Of a stretch of 64,000 nucleotides of DNA, positions 1 to 13,300 are shown in pieces. The translations under genes were made by a program, and so were the position numbers. The DNA comes from Styela clava (lineage: Eukaryota), in assembly GCF_964204865.1 (NCBI RefSeq), contig NC_135264.1, positions 11,966,001 to 12,030,000 of the forward strand, in the 5' to 3' direction. Numbering within the stretch: position 1 is the first letter of the stretch; every line of letters starts with the position of its first letter. The notes beneath the pieces were generated by a model. That model made no database searches and was not told where the DNA came from. It saw only the letters and a program-made list of their open reading frames with translations.

Positions 1-257
1 TGACCTTTTGTTTTGTTTATGAAGACACAAAACAACGCGGTCCGGCGGGTCCGCCTGTTATTCCATCTGTCCGCTGCTGATAGGTAGGGTTATACTCGCT
101 GCACACTACTTGGTAGGCTGTGCGAATTTTGAGAAAGATGGAGTATTCACATCTGTGTTGTGACAAACCCATGGAGAAACCAAGCGGATTCCGAGTGCCG
201 GTAGTATGTTTCTAATATTTAAACGTTGTTATTATATTCAGATATTGGGTTACCAAC

Positions 258-3200
258 CTTAACTGAATATCTCCCATGTATGCTTCCTGTACACAAGTAT
301 CTGGAATACACGCCATCGTTCCTACGAATGTCAGGTTCTAAAAAAAATGTTATATACATATGAGACCGAGTATGTTTTTGCATTTTGTCTAAGTTAGAAA
401 ACTAGTTTGCCTCAATCTCTTACCAGCTCCGTTGTCATATAAGTCATACGTCGAGGAACCTTCGCCTTCTTTAGCGAGCGCTGCCTCGACATGGGCCCCG
501 AGTACTGGATTGAGTCCTTGTGTTACCTTGTTTATGGAAAGTAATGAGTGAAGTATTCTTTGTTACAGATGAAAATCAGGGGTAGTCAAATTACTTTAAT
601 ATTCTACAGGCTTTACTTTAAATTGTAACAGTTTAAATTTTGGGTTCAAAGATCAGATATATAAAATCAAACGGATAAGTGACTTATTCAATGAGATCAT
701 ATATATGGGATAGAATAGGATTTACATATTTCTATCGGAGGAGAGGAAATCCGATAAGACGGCTAAACCATATGGCGAACCACGGCCTTACATCCGGTTA
801 CCATTCCATGTCGGGTATGGGATTAGGGGTCTCATGTAGTTTCTTACCTAACATACTTCTAATGGGCAGAGCATGACAATTTTTTCACGTATCAATCCTA
901 ACCCCCATCTGACTACACCATCCAAAAATTACATCATTACGACGTCACAGTGACGTAATAGAGCCCTTCAAACTATACGAACTGCCATCCAAGACGCGCA
1001 ATCGAGCACCCGAAATCGAACAGTTAGTTCTCTCGTTTTCTCGTCGCAACGATTCCAATAGGAGAGAGACCGATAACGTCAGTCAGTTCTTTATCGTCGG
1101 CGCCAATGCCATTTCGGTCGATCGTGCGTATGTTTGGCAAGCTCTATGACGTGATTGTGAGGTCGTAGTGATTTAGTTTTTGGATGGCGTAATCAGATGG
1201 GTGTTAGGATTGACATATCAAAAAATTGTTATGCTACGCCCACTAGAAGTACGTTCGGTACGAAACTAAACGAGACCCGGGATTAGTTAGTTATTTGTTT
1301 TCGGAAGCATGGATTTGAGGGTGGAGGAAGCCGTAACTGACCAGCGTTTACCTGAACCCCCTTACGGCGGCTCTACCCTATTATACACTAAGGCATTTTT
1401 GGTGATGGCGTGGGTAATATTGAAGAGTGGAGACACTTTAATAGTAAAATAATTCATTATTACCGTTGCGTATACTAAAGGACAGTAATTCTTTTGACTC
1501 AACACAGACGAGACCATAATTGGCGGAGTGTCTTTGTCTGCAGCCATCGAGGTAACAAATACAACAACGGTCTGGCTGTTGGAAGTTCTTTTTTTAACAT
1601 GACTTTCCCATGAGCCGGTCTGTAAAAAATGATATTGTAATTATCGCAGAATCCCCCTATAGCGTTTGATAGCGCCATTATGGGTTCACGGTGACAATAA
1701 TTACCTATTATTGGCAGAATATCTGGTAGTTTGAACATACACTACACCATGTAACATATTCAAGAATACGCTTCATTGGTACCAGATAAAATGGGCTTAT
1801 AGTCGCCCTTAAAATTTCGATTGTCGGTTGCATTTTAATTGTCTTAAGAAGTTTATATTTGAATTTAAGATAATTAAAACAATACCTGAGCTGTTCCCGG
1901 GATTTCAAATCGGATTGTTTTATATTCTTCAGATATTGTCGGGTTTTCGCTGCAATGGTATGATTCCTTCCGGTCTTCAGTGGTATAATTACATCCCGAA
2001 GGTGGGGATAATTCTATAATAGGGCGTTCAGCTTTGTTTCCGTAAGACCAAGTATAGGTAAAGACAGTATTGTTTCCAATTGTGTCGTCAATATCAACAA
2101 TTGTGGTATATTCATCAGTCACATCATCAATAATGAATGTTTCACTGGTCAACTAAAATGTGGATAAGATTTGTGCTTTTCGCAGTTGATTATTTGTTAA
2201 CTATTATTCACTTTTTCAACTTTGCATGATTCATTTTAGATTCTATTGACAATACTATATTACATGTAAATCACTGGGATTTGGGGCGTTACACGTTTTC
2301 TGCCAACGAAGCCAAGTCAACCAGAATTTTCTAATACAACTCCATGTTTTGGGAAGTAACAGTTTTTATCTCAATTTTGTTACATCTGAGGTAGAATGGT
2401 TTCTGAACGCGAGGTATTCACAATGCGAATGCAATGTGTCATCTTCAATTTGAAATAATAGTGAATAGACTGGTTCAAGTCAAGTCCTATTAAGTCACAC
2501 TGCAGTAAAAAATGTTACTTGTAGTGTTTTCTTCGTGTCATCTCCATCTGTTGGCTCAAGCATTTGATTATAAGATTCTACAAAAGCTTCCAAATCATGC
2601 GAAGCAGCGAAAAACCATTGACCACCACTGTCTTCCGAAAGAGAAACTAAATCTTCGTTGGCGCTGGTATATACGATTAACGATTCAACTATCACCACCT
2701 TAAGCAAATGAATGGAAAGAGCAAAATAAATAGGCAAAAGTTATTTTCATCACAGACGCAATAAATATTTCGTGTAAGTTTTCCTCTGTTTGTAAAATTT
2801 TATATGGCATTTGTTGTTGGGTTTGAGACTGAAAATATTAAGATAAAATCGAACTATTATATATATGAAGTAAAAGGTCGGTTTTAGAGCAGGAAAGTGC
2901 AAGATATGTGAATACAAAATTGTTACACTGACTCAATTTAAATACTTTGTTTAATTTATTTTCATTCGTTCCGTCGTTTTTGATAAGTTTCAGTTTGATG
3001 AAAAATTCTTTTCCAGGTCAGCATCAAATAATATTCGCATTCCGACCTCACGTCAGTGAAAAAAGTGATCAATATTTTAAATGAAAATATATACGTATTT
3101 TCTTACCTTTTCTAATACATCGTCTCTAACGTCGGCAACATGGGGTTTGGCGTTTTCTCCACCATCGGTCATAACAATTAAGTACCCTCCTTGCGCTCGT

Positions 3201-6200
3201 GCATGGTTCTCGAGTACCTGATATGAAACCATATACAATAAACAGTGTTCATTATGATCCAGAAACGTATATTAGACATGAACTTTCTATGTTTTAACTT
3301 CTCTATTTCAATATATGATATTGTTCGTTCATCCGAAATAACCCCTTGGAATGTCATGATTTGTGTGAGTTTGCTCCGCACCAAATCCGCCACCACTAAG
3401 CCCACTAATTTTGTAAAATCAGCAAAATAGAGGAAAAAAATTTTTTTAGGCATTGATACTGCAATTGTTGATAATGGCTGATCATATCACCCTTTGAGCT
3501 GCATGATCAACCGTTGAGAGTCGTCCTCGATGTTTCAATATTTTTTTATCGTTTTTTTGTATCATGTTACCTTAATTCCTTCATTGATTCCACATCCTAT
3601 GCACGTACTATCAAAAGTACGGCTAGGTAACTTTGCTGCTAACTGTTTTCGATCTTCAGGTGTCTCTAGGTGTACCAACTCGCTTACTGTTACTGCATAT
3701 GTATGAAACGTTACTATTCCGACGTATGTGCCATTGGGCACATTGGTGATGAAATAATTTGCGGAAGTTGAGATTTGTTCCAACCGGGTCTGTAAAATAT
3801 TAATGCATATCGGAAAATAGAACTAAGAAAAGTAAATTAAACTATACTGACTGAATATATCAGGAACATGACTTACCTGACCACTACCATCGGTTGAGCC
3901 CATGCTCCCAGAAATATCCATTATCAGAACAAATCGGCGACTGCCTTCTGCGTGTTTAATATTAAATACGGGAGTTGTATCGAGGATGGAAACAGGATAA
4001 TTCCCAGTTATGAAGTCGTTCGATTCCATTATAACAGTCCATGTACTTTTTCTGTTGCACAGTCGGTTCTGATCATTTGGCGCATCGGCATTGTGGAAAT
4101 TTCGGCCGTTACCGTCTTCACAAAAAGACACGATCTAAAACATATTACTATGCGTTAATAAGGAATCGCATGTTTCTGCAAATGTATCTTATGAACTTGA
4201 GCAACAGAAAAAAAATTTTGATTTTTATAACCCAATATTCTTACCGGATCTATATATTGGTAGGACATTAGTGATGCATTAAACACTCCATCGGAGTCCG
4301 ATGCATAGCATATGCAGTCTTGTGTAAACAATCCCGTAGTCGGGTCCGTGTTACAGGCCGGTCTGTTAATCTCTGAATTCGTACATTTTAAAGTTAGATT
4401 TGGATCTTCTGTGCAGCAAATTCTGATTCCCCGCGCACATCTTAATAATATGATATTACGTTAGGGTCTGTGAGTGTTGTTAAATTTGCAAAATTCGCCT
4501 AAATCTTGGTTTTAAGCAGACACCGAGAGTTACTCTTGAGGACTACCGCAAGCATTAGCCCATATTCAATGAACAGTACGTTGATGAACTTACTGAGTTT
4601 TGGTTTGGCAATTATTATAATCTTGTGGGTCGCACAATACATTTGCATCATCATCAGGATCGATGTAAAATGGATCGGTTTCCGATGTTTCATCAAAAAC
4701 GCCCCATCTGTAGTGCGCCCATTCGTGTACTATCACTTTTTCTGTAAAAAACATTCTGGTCAAAGATATCTGGCACGAAATTTATATTCTTGAAGAAGAT
4801 AAAATTATGCATACAACGAAACCATTCATATGTCTAATTGTACAATTTTGTATATAGGCCTGCCCCACATATTTCAATTCATATGCTCAATTTCTGCCGA
4901 AGACTGAACTTTGCATTATTGCTTCAAATTGAGCAAATGCCAAAAAACAAACGTTTCAATTTTTATTTCATGTTTGTACAATCTACCTCTTGGTCCATAG
5001 TTTGTTATCATGCTATCATCCAGAAAATAATTTGGAGTGAAATGAATGTATGATCCAGGTTGTCCACAACCTCCCAATTGGAGTGTATATGGTGCATCTC
5101 CATAGCTCAGATTCTCTTTTGCAATTATAACATCGGCCTGTTCAAAACAAAAACACACATAAGTAATAGTGTTTGCTTCAGCATTTGACAAATCACTGAA
5201 CGTAGTTAGTACAAAATTAGTTATTATATATATTGCAGACTCATTCTCGCTCACAAAACGCTACTCACCCCCCCCCCCCATTTACACGTCACAGTAGAGC
5301 TAATCTATCGCCTGTAATTTCAATAAATTCATGCATTTGTCGTCCTAAATATATATAAATGTCGCCTAGAGCAGGGGTGTCAAACATGCGGCCCGCGGCC
5401 GCGAGCACTTCCAATGCGACCCTCAAACGCCTAACAATATTTCTAAAATTATGTGAGTTATTTGTTATCTAAATGTAATACATTTTTCAAACCTTTTAAA
5501 GTGAAATCGATTATTCACACAGATAAACACAATTTGCTGAAAATAGTTTTAGAAAATTAAATTTTTTTTTGTTTGGAATTGCAATGGGAGTTGCAATATT
5601 TCTACATTTCTTAAAATTCTAAATCACATTGTTTAATTTGTCACATTTCCATCAGTACAATGAAAGAATACAATATAAGTATAGACATTATCAGAATAAG
5701 CTCAGCAGTCAATATAACAATTTTAAAGATCAACTTTGAACAATTTTTTTTAATATGTTTGTATATTATCATAATTATAAGGCTACCTAGTTACTGAAAA
5801 TTTATATCAATAACTCAAGCGGTCCACGTATGCCACGTTATGGTAGGAAATGTGGAGGGAAATGTCTAGTCCAGGGGTGGGCAACCTTTTTCGGCTCGCG
5901 TGCCCAAATCGGCTAAATTTAACGACAAAATTCTTCCGCGTTCCAACCAAAATTAAAAACAATGCTTGTTACTTTTAAAGCAAACATACACAATAATAAA
6001 CCTTCTAAACATGTAATCTACAGACGGATTCACTATTCGGGAAAATATCAGCCTGACAAATAGATTTGATTACTTTTCTTATTCTATACAAGTGATGCTT
6101 CTTCTGCTGCATTACCGTTGATAAAGATTTACATTGGGATTATATTTTGTAACTTTCAAAGAATAATACAAACTACTGGTTATATTTCTTTTGAAATCAA

Positions 6201-8375
6201 TTTATTTCAGTAAGTTAGCAAGTAACTCTAACCAACATGAGCTGTACAACCGTAGTAGTATATATTTACGGTACAACCTCATAAATCAATCAGAAATGAA
6301 GAAAAAAAGTGGCACAGACGAACTCAATATTACGTAACAATGAACCCCCCCCAATGAATGCTGTGTCTCGTCACAATTCGTCGAGAGCTAACTCAGTTGT
6401 TACGTCATAATGTATTTCTTTGTATATGTCATGAAAAGACAAAAAGAGTTTAAAATTGTAAATGAATAACAGATTGTTAACAAACGATAATGAATAAACA
6501 AACACCGAGTTTCATCAGATAAATCAGAGCCTCGAAACTTTTTATCTGATAGAAAATGATCTCGTTTCTGAGGCCTCGCTCGCGTGCCGAATAAATGGGC
6601 TCGCGTGCCGAGTTTGGCACGCGTGCCAGGGGTTGCCCACCCCTGGTCTAGTCCGAAAAGGTAGTCATTTGTTTGTTTACTGATCTATACATGCAATGAT
6701 AAACGTAATATTTTGTATTACTGAAATTAATCAAACATTCTCAACGATCCAGAGTAACCTATGATCATATGACCTCGTCAATTAGAGTTGGTACTGTAAA
6801 ATCATTTCATTCTGATATTAGTAAGATGGTGGCACAAAAGAGATGCCAAACGTCAGGTCATATGTAATAAAAAAAAGTTTATTCTGTAGTATGTTTGTAA
6901 ATTTTAGGCTTATATATTGAGATTAAGTATTTTTTAGTGTATATATTATTCTTTCCTTATCAGAACTTTGTTCAAAAATGTTGTACATTAAAATTTATGA
7001 TTTTTTGTGATAAATATAGTAAATTGCAATAATATTGGAATGCAAAAATTAATATGTAAATTGCATTTGAAATTCGAGAAGATACCAAAACTTCATTCGG
7101 CTGTTCAATTGCGTCAAAATATATGCCACAAACTATACCTATATAAAAATATGCCTCAAGTATACATTGTCAAAATATATCAAAAACTATTTGCGGCCCT
7201 TTGCACAATTCCTAAAATGCAATGCGGCCCTCGAAAACCCACGAGCTTGACACCCCTGGCGTAGAGGGTCCTTATGGCATATTTTGCACAATAATTTATA
7301 AAAGTACTTGTCGCGTTAACGGGAGAATAAGCTGACATTTCCACGTTCTAAAAAAAGAAAAAAATCTAGCATTCTGGTTACTTTGTCATATGTCTCATTC
7401 CCAGCTAGTTCCGCAGATGAATATGTCCAATTGCTTGGCAGAAGAATTGTTACTTCGCCAATATATGCACGATTTTTGGTTGCTGTGAATAGCGCACTGG
7501 ATGCCTCTGTCCAAGATTCCTGTAATAGATAATATAGTTTCAATGAAGCGAAAGTTTTTGTGTCCAATGAATAAATAAACAAGAGAGCAATGCTCAAATA
7601 TATGGACACGAAGGCTAAAACGAAGTAGGACCAAATCTATCCCAGCACCGGTAGTCAGATCACTGAGATGTGATCACGGAACCACGGCTCGCAACATTTA
7701 ATTTTGATGGCCTCATGACACAAAACTTTGAAGTGAAAAAACAAATGAAATAGCCTACAAGCGACAACAGCAAGCTTTAACTACTTAAAATTTCAAAGCA
7801 ATTGGTCCAGTGAAGAAAAAAGCGATTTTTTCATGACAACCTAATATAGGCTATAACAAAACGATTCGTCCTCTGAGTCTCCAAAAATCAAAGCACAAAT
7901 ATATGATCACAAATTGGGTGACGTCATATGACCTTCACCAAGGAAAATTTTTGTCTAGCGTTTGAACATTGTTCATATACACTTTTGCATACAGAAATTA
8001 AATATGTCATAATGTCAACAATACGCGATTGCAATATATATAGGCATACATCAAATATGGTACACACAAACAATATAACGAAACGAAATAATATAATGTA
8101 CTTTGGTCTTACTGATTACGTCAATATATCAAATGTTTTCCTAGAATGTATTTTGCTGCTAAGTTGAAATGAATTACGAAATATTCACCAAACATTATCA
8201 AACACGTTCTTACTATTATTGAATCTATCAAGTCATGATCTTCGGATACACTTGGATTGATAGCTATGACAATTCCAGTATATTTGTTGTTCTCAAGTTT
8301 GACGATTCCTTCACCAAGTCTATAAAGCATCATAGAAATCACGCACATCCATATTTTCTTCATTTTTGTTTTCAT
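258..8375 (-). CDS. CLCA: CLCA-family zinc metalloprotease/VWA protein, paralog A (3' end continues beyond the left edge)
   Basis: Hand-spliced GT-AG exons: 8375-8214, 7519-7382, 5137-4987, 4741-4594, 4440-4245, 4134-3877, 3789-3571, 3217-3107, 2698-2519, 2152-1886, 1619-1464, 526-424, 337-258. Signal peptide followed by [17 protein letters not shown]; [23 protein letters not shown]; intact [14 protein letters not shown] (4727-4713); [13 protein letters not shown]; VWA DISGS and MTDG; LYDNGA and [12 protein letters not shown]. Confidence 0.93.
710..1378 (-). mobile_element. 3' part of a tRNA-derived SINE, split by a foldback MITE
   Basis: Reverse complement matches the 3' half of the SINE at 42697-43025 (gccgccgtag..ggttcac, tccatgcttccgaaaa, actaatccca, aatatgtaaatcctat). 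Confidence 0.65.
827..1278. mobile_element. Foldback MITE with ~140-bp imperfect inverted arms and 8-bp TSD
   Basis: Ends gggtctc...gagaccc; arms pair over about 140 nt; gggattag on both flanks (819-826, 1279-1286). Confidence 0.8.
5372..7258. mobile_element. Non-autonomous hAT (Charlie/Buster-like) element, outer
   Basis: TIRs caggggtgtcaa...ttgacacccctg; 8-bp TSD gcctagag/gcgtagag (7/8 match). Confidence 0.85.
5872..6645. mobile_element. Non-autonomous hAT (Charlie/Buster-like) element nested in the previous one
   Basis: TIRs caggggtgggcaacc...ggttgcccacccctg; perfect 8-bp TSD gtctagtc (5864-5871, 6646-6653). Confidence 0.9.
7578..7830 (+). mobile_element. Partial copy of the Helentron/DINE-like family found at 58453
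   Basis: Shares aacaagagagc.atgctcaaatatatggacacg and aaatttcaaagcaattggtccagt..aaaagcgattttt with 58453-58650. Confidence 0.65.
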
Positions 8376-10346
8376 ATATATGTTAAATTTTTTTTCTCAA
8401 TATTCTAAAATCAAATGTTGTTCACGTTGAAAACATACTAGCTGAGAAAAAAGCTCTTGAATGCAACATATGCTAATGATTTGGTTTCTGCGAGACTAAC
8501 TACTAATCTTCTACGCTTTTGTGCCGATGGATCCGTATGCATAAAATGCAATGATGCTGTAGCAAAAGTAAAGGTAACTATCCTAAGTCAATCCAACATA
8601 CTTGCTAAATTTCAACGAGCTTCCTTTTCTAAATTATTTTATATGAATGAAGAAGACTTTGGTTCATGGGCGATCATGATTAGTATATAAGAACTAAATC
8701 ATCAGTGCAACATAGTAGTATCTATTCTTATTTGTTTATTCTTGAATGAAAACGTCACCGATCACTATAAAGCAGTGGGCTATATTCATGATATATTATA
8801 ATATATATACTGACAGAACGAGTTTTTATCAACTTAGTGAATTAAGGTTGCATTTATTCACATGAGAATTACCTCACTCATCGGAATGCTAAACTTTCAA
8901 CTGACAAAATCCTTCTACTTTTCAGAGTAGCGAAATTACAGCTGCATTAATAACGATTCAGAGTTATCGTCCAAATCTGACCTTTTTATTCAATTGTCTA
9001 TTTCTGTTTGAATCAAAACTAATTGGTGTTGCAACTTTTGTTCTCCTACGTAGTGTGCATAACTGGTATATAACATTTCATGCCTTTCATTTTCAAAGTT
9101 GTACTTGGAATCTATCTATCACATAATAGCCCTAAATATTAGAGCACACCTGTATAATCTATGAACTCGTATAGTAGTTCCGACTCCTTTCTAATAAAAA
9201 AGTATCTAGACGAAGTCTTCTGGCAATTTTGTTTGAATTTGGATTAAATAGAAAAACATCATATTCCACGGGACAATATCGGGGAACGATATACGGAAAT
9301 GCAAACTTTAAAGTGAAAGTTTGCCATCAAACAACAACGAAATTCCATTTTTTCAAAAGAGGGGTAAGTAAACGCAAGCCCCGATTTAGTTTTTTTTATT
9401 TGAAATTAATAATTAGCATGTTTACACATATAAATAGAGCAAAGCTGTGCAAACATTAGGGTTCATTTACGAGTCCATTTTCAAATCGTTTTCTTTATTC
9501 TGAAATAAAAAAATTAATTGAAGGATAACATTTTTATCCAAATGTGGTTTTCCAAGGAATTCAACTATTAAATCTTGCAGCATTCGAAATTTTACCATCA
9601 ATACTTTTATTAAACGCATTGTCCACATAGAACTCGACATACAGAAGAGCACTGACCTGGTCTTAGAAAGCAAACGTATTATTTGTTTACTCAACGGATA
9701 CTGCTTGAAACTCACCTCAGCCGCGTTCGCCTTCCCGGTCGTATATCATATATATATATATCGCCAAACAATAAAGCAAGGGTTGGGGGTCATCGTGTCC
9801 ACATCATGACTAAGAAAAATCTAATATCAAATGCTCGAAACTGTTGTTAGTCATCAACAAAGCATGTCTGAACGGAGTGTATTTCGCTTCGAGGTAGCAT
9901 CGCAACCGATTTACAAGCGCCATATTTTGACAAATATAGGTTGGAAAATAAATAATTGACCGATCGAGTATTGCGCCATTTTTTTAACACATATATACTT
10001 ATTCGCTCTTATCATTTTGCCATTAGAATGAGCAATGGAAATATTTTTGAGTATTCAAAATGATGTGTTGTCACACAGCAAACAAACTTAGACAAGTTTC
10101 ATTTTAAATGTTTAATTCAAATACACAAACCCAGAATACCACAGAATAGTATGGACAGAATCAATTCGATAAAAGAGTTGGGGTTAGAAAAAATCAATTT
10201 ATCGTTCTAGTTTGAAAAAAGACAACTATTTATCACAAGCAATTATCGAATTATTTTGTAGGGAATATTAGTTATTTGGATAACATTTATTACTACATAT
10301 AAATGCATCTTTTCAGTATATCAATTATATGAATAGTTGAAAAGAT

Positions 10347-13300
10347 ATGTGGAGTTCTCGACTACCAGTGGTAGTCTTATTTTTTCTTTTCCGTTCTTTT
10401 GTCGGATCAACAAATGTGAAATTAGAGAATAATGGATACAAAGGATTACTAATTGCTATTCATCCTACCGTTCCGGAAAGTTCAGCATTGATTCAGGAAA
10501 TAACTGTGAGTTATTGATAGAATGTCTTCCTATAAAATCTGTTAGATTAGAAAAATGGTGTATGTAAACAAATTTGACTTTAAGATTAATGTTTTTTTTC
10601 ACAGAAAATGTATATTTTTGTTCATTAGGACGCATGGACAAGCGCATCAGAAGCTTTATACAAAGCAACTAAACATCGCGCGTATTTCAATATCATTACA
10701 ATACTGGTGCCGGCAACATGGACCAAAACTTCTTATCCTATATCAACAGAAGAGACTTACAGCGAGGTAATATGATACATTCAAATCTCTTTCCTTAGTT
10801 ATATTTTGTTGTTGGTATAATTCGTCAACAAGATTTTTATCGCTTGATTCCGGCACGCTTTGCAGCCGATCCACAAGCTTATGCCTTATGTAATGCCCTC
10901 TTTCGTATATGAATTTGTGTTTTATTGCTATTTGCTGTTATGTTTAATTGCATACATGTGTCACAACCATCTTTTCAGGCCGATGTAGTGATTGAAAGCG
11001 GTTCCATATCAGCCCCTTTCACGGAACAATACGGAAGTGCATGTGGCGAGCCAGGAAGCAAAATCCATACCAGATATAACTACTATACTGACGATGACGC
11101 TGTTACAAATTTCGGTCAAAGAGGTAAATTGTAACTATAAATGATAAGGACATAGATTTTTTTAGGCTTTTTTATTCTGAACCCAAGAAAAGACAAAAGA
11201 CGATGGTACATATAGGCCGGTCTATTTGAAAACAAATGCGAGCCTGAAAGTATTAATCTAACCCTTTTCAAGTCAATTAAATAGCTTTTATTAATCTTAG
11301 CAGAAGGATTTGTCTTTTCTGCAAACTTGATAATAGTGGCCGAGATATTTAAGTACTTTTGGTCTGGTTCAAATTTTCCCTGAATAAAGTTTTAAAATTT
11401 TTGATTTTAATAACAAAACCAAATGTAAAATAGAAAGTAAAAGTAGTGCGTTTTACATTCAAGTAATTTTTAATTCCAGGTAAAGCTATTGTTCAACAAT
11501 GGGCACATTACCGATATGGCATATACGACGAGACTTCAACAGAGTATACGAAGCAAAATGGAGAACATCAAGCATCAAGGCAAATAGAATAACTTTCCTA
11601 TACATATACAGTAATTGAAATTGAAAGTGGTTAAAATTAACTAAATTTATAGTCATAGTTTTTGTGCTTCAACTCTTTTGTGTGTCTGGTGTCATAGAAA
11701 AGTAACTAAGTATATTACGATGGTACTGAACACTGAAAATTTGGGGCTCCATAAGTGTGTGCACCAATATAGATAACTAATTTTGTTTGCCTATACTTTA
11801 CATCAAGTTGTGTAAAGAGACTGAAATCTATGGGCCACTTGACTAACACAGACAGCCCCTGAACTTGTAATAGAACTAAAATAGAAAAATCGGAATCAAA
11901 TTATACCAAATCCTAACCTGGTAAACATACTACGTGGGTACCAAATATTTAACAGGGAAATCAGAAAGAAACCTGTTTGCTTCAAAGTGTTTGTGCTCTG
12001 GTGTTGGGTGTAGAATACACGCTTAATTTTTGTTTGAAAAATTAAGGTGTCCAGAATCTGTCAGTGGATTAGTTGTCAATGTTGAGAACACTGCTACGAC
12101 TTGTGCGTTTGATGAAAATACCAATACTTACACAGATGATCAGTGTGTTTTTTTACCACAAGAAAATACAGCTGGAGTTAGCACCACTCTTTCGTGTTAC
12201 CAGTATTTGGACAATGTAAATATTTTACATATTTTCAACTTATAATACTCTAAATTTTCTTTACATTCACATTTTTTGCACCTGCACCTTTGAAGTTGGA
12301 AAAAATAAACAGATAAATAAGAAATATTGTCGCAACTACCAGGACGCGTTCCTCTAGTTTATTTGATCATTTGTTTCCTTGGTAATAGCGCACCTATAAA
12401 AACTACACTGAACTCAATATCGTGTGATTTGATTAATGATGTCATTCAATAGAGATATTCTTCACAATTGCCCGATCCCCAGCAGTAAAACTTTTTATGC
12501 ACGCGCAACTATGGTGCTATAAAAAAATTATTCACATTCTAAATGGAACACATTCCAGATAAAAGCCCCAACAGTTTATGACACTCGTATAAAGTTATAA
12601 CAGAATGTAATCCACGTGATAAGATACGTCATTTTTAGGCATGGTTGGCAAGGGTCAAAGGTGACTATATCACACTATTCAGCTTTGTAATTATCGAACT
12701 CGGAATGAGGACATACTTTGAAATACAAAACTATGTTCGCTTTACTATTTTGGGCAATTATTTATCAAGTTAACAATATACACTACGTTAGTTGAATTTG
12801 ACAGTAAATATTCTTTATATTTAGGTTGTCACATTCTGTCACGACCAGGACCCAACCAATCCGAACGGTCCTAACGTCCATAATTCAAATGCAAAGAATG
12901 AACAAAATCGACTTTGTGACAGAAAAAGTTCTTGGTATCACATTTTACAACATGACGATTTCGTGAAAGGGAGTAATCTAGCAAATGATAGCATTACTGA
13001 CCTAACGCCCTCGTTCAATTTTGTCAAAATGGAAGAACATCCAAGATATGTTCTCATTATAGATGTCTCAAACAGCATGAAGGGGGTAAGACCTGAATGT
13101 TATACGACACCATTTGAAATAAATGATAAAAATATTAAAAGAGAAAGTACTAACGACACTAAGCATTTTTCCTTTTTCCCTTTGAGTAAATTATTTTTGC
13201 TAGAATATCTTGTTGCATGAAACTAATACTATCATGGTATCATCTCACATAATATCTCATCACAAAATTCCGTTGCTTTTTATTTTTAGCTCAGATTACA

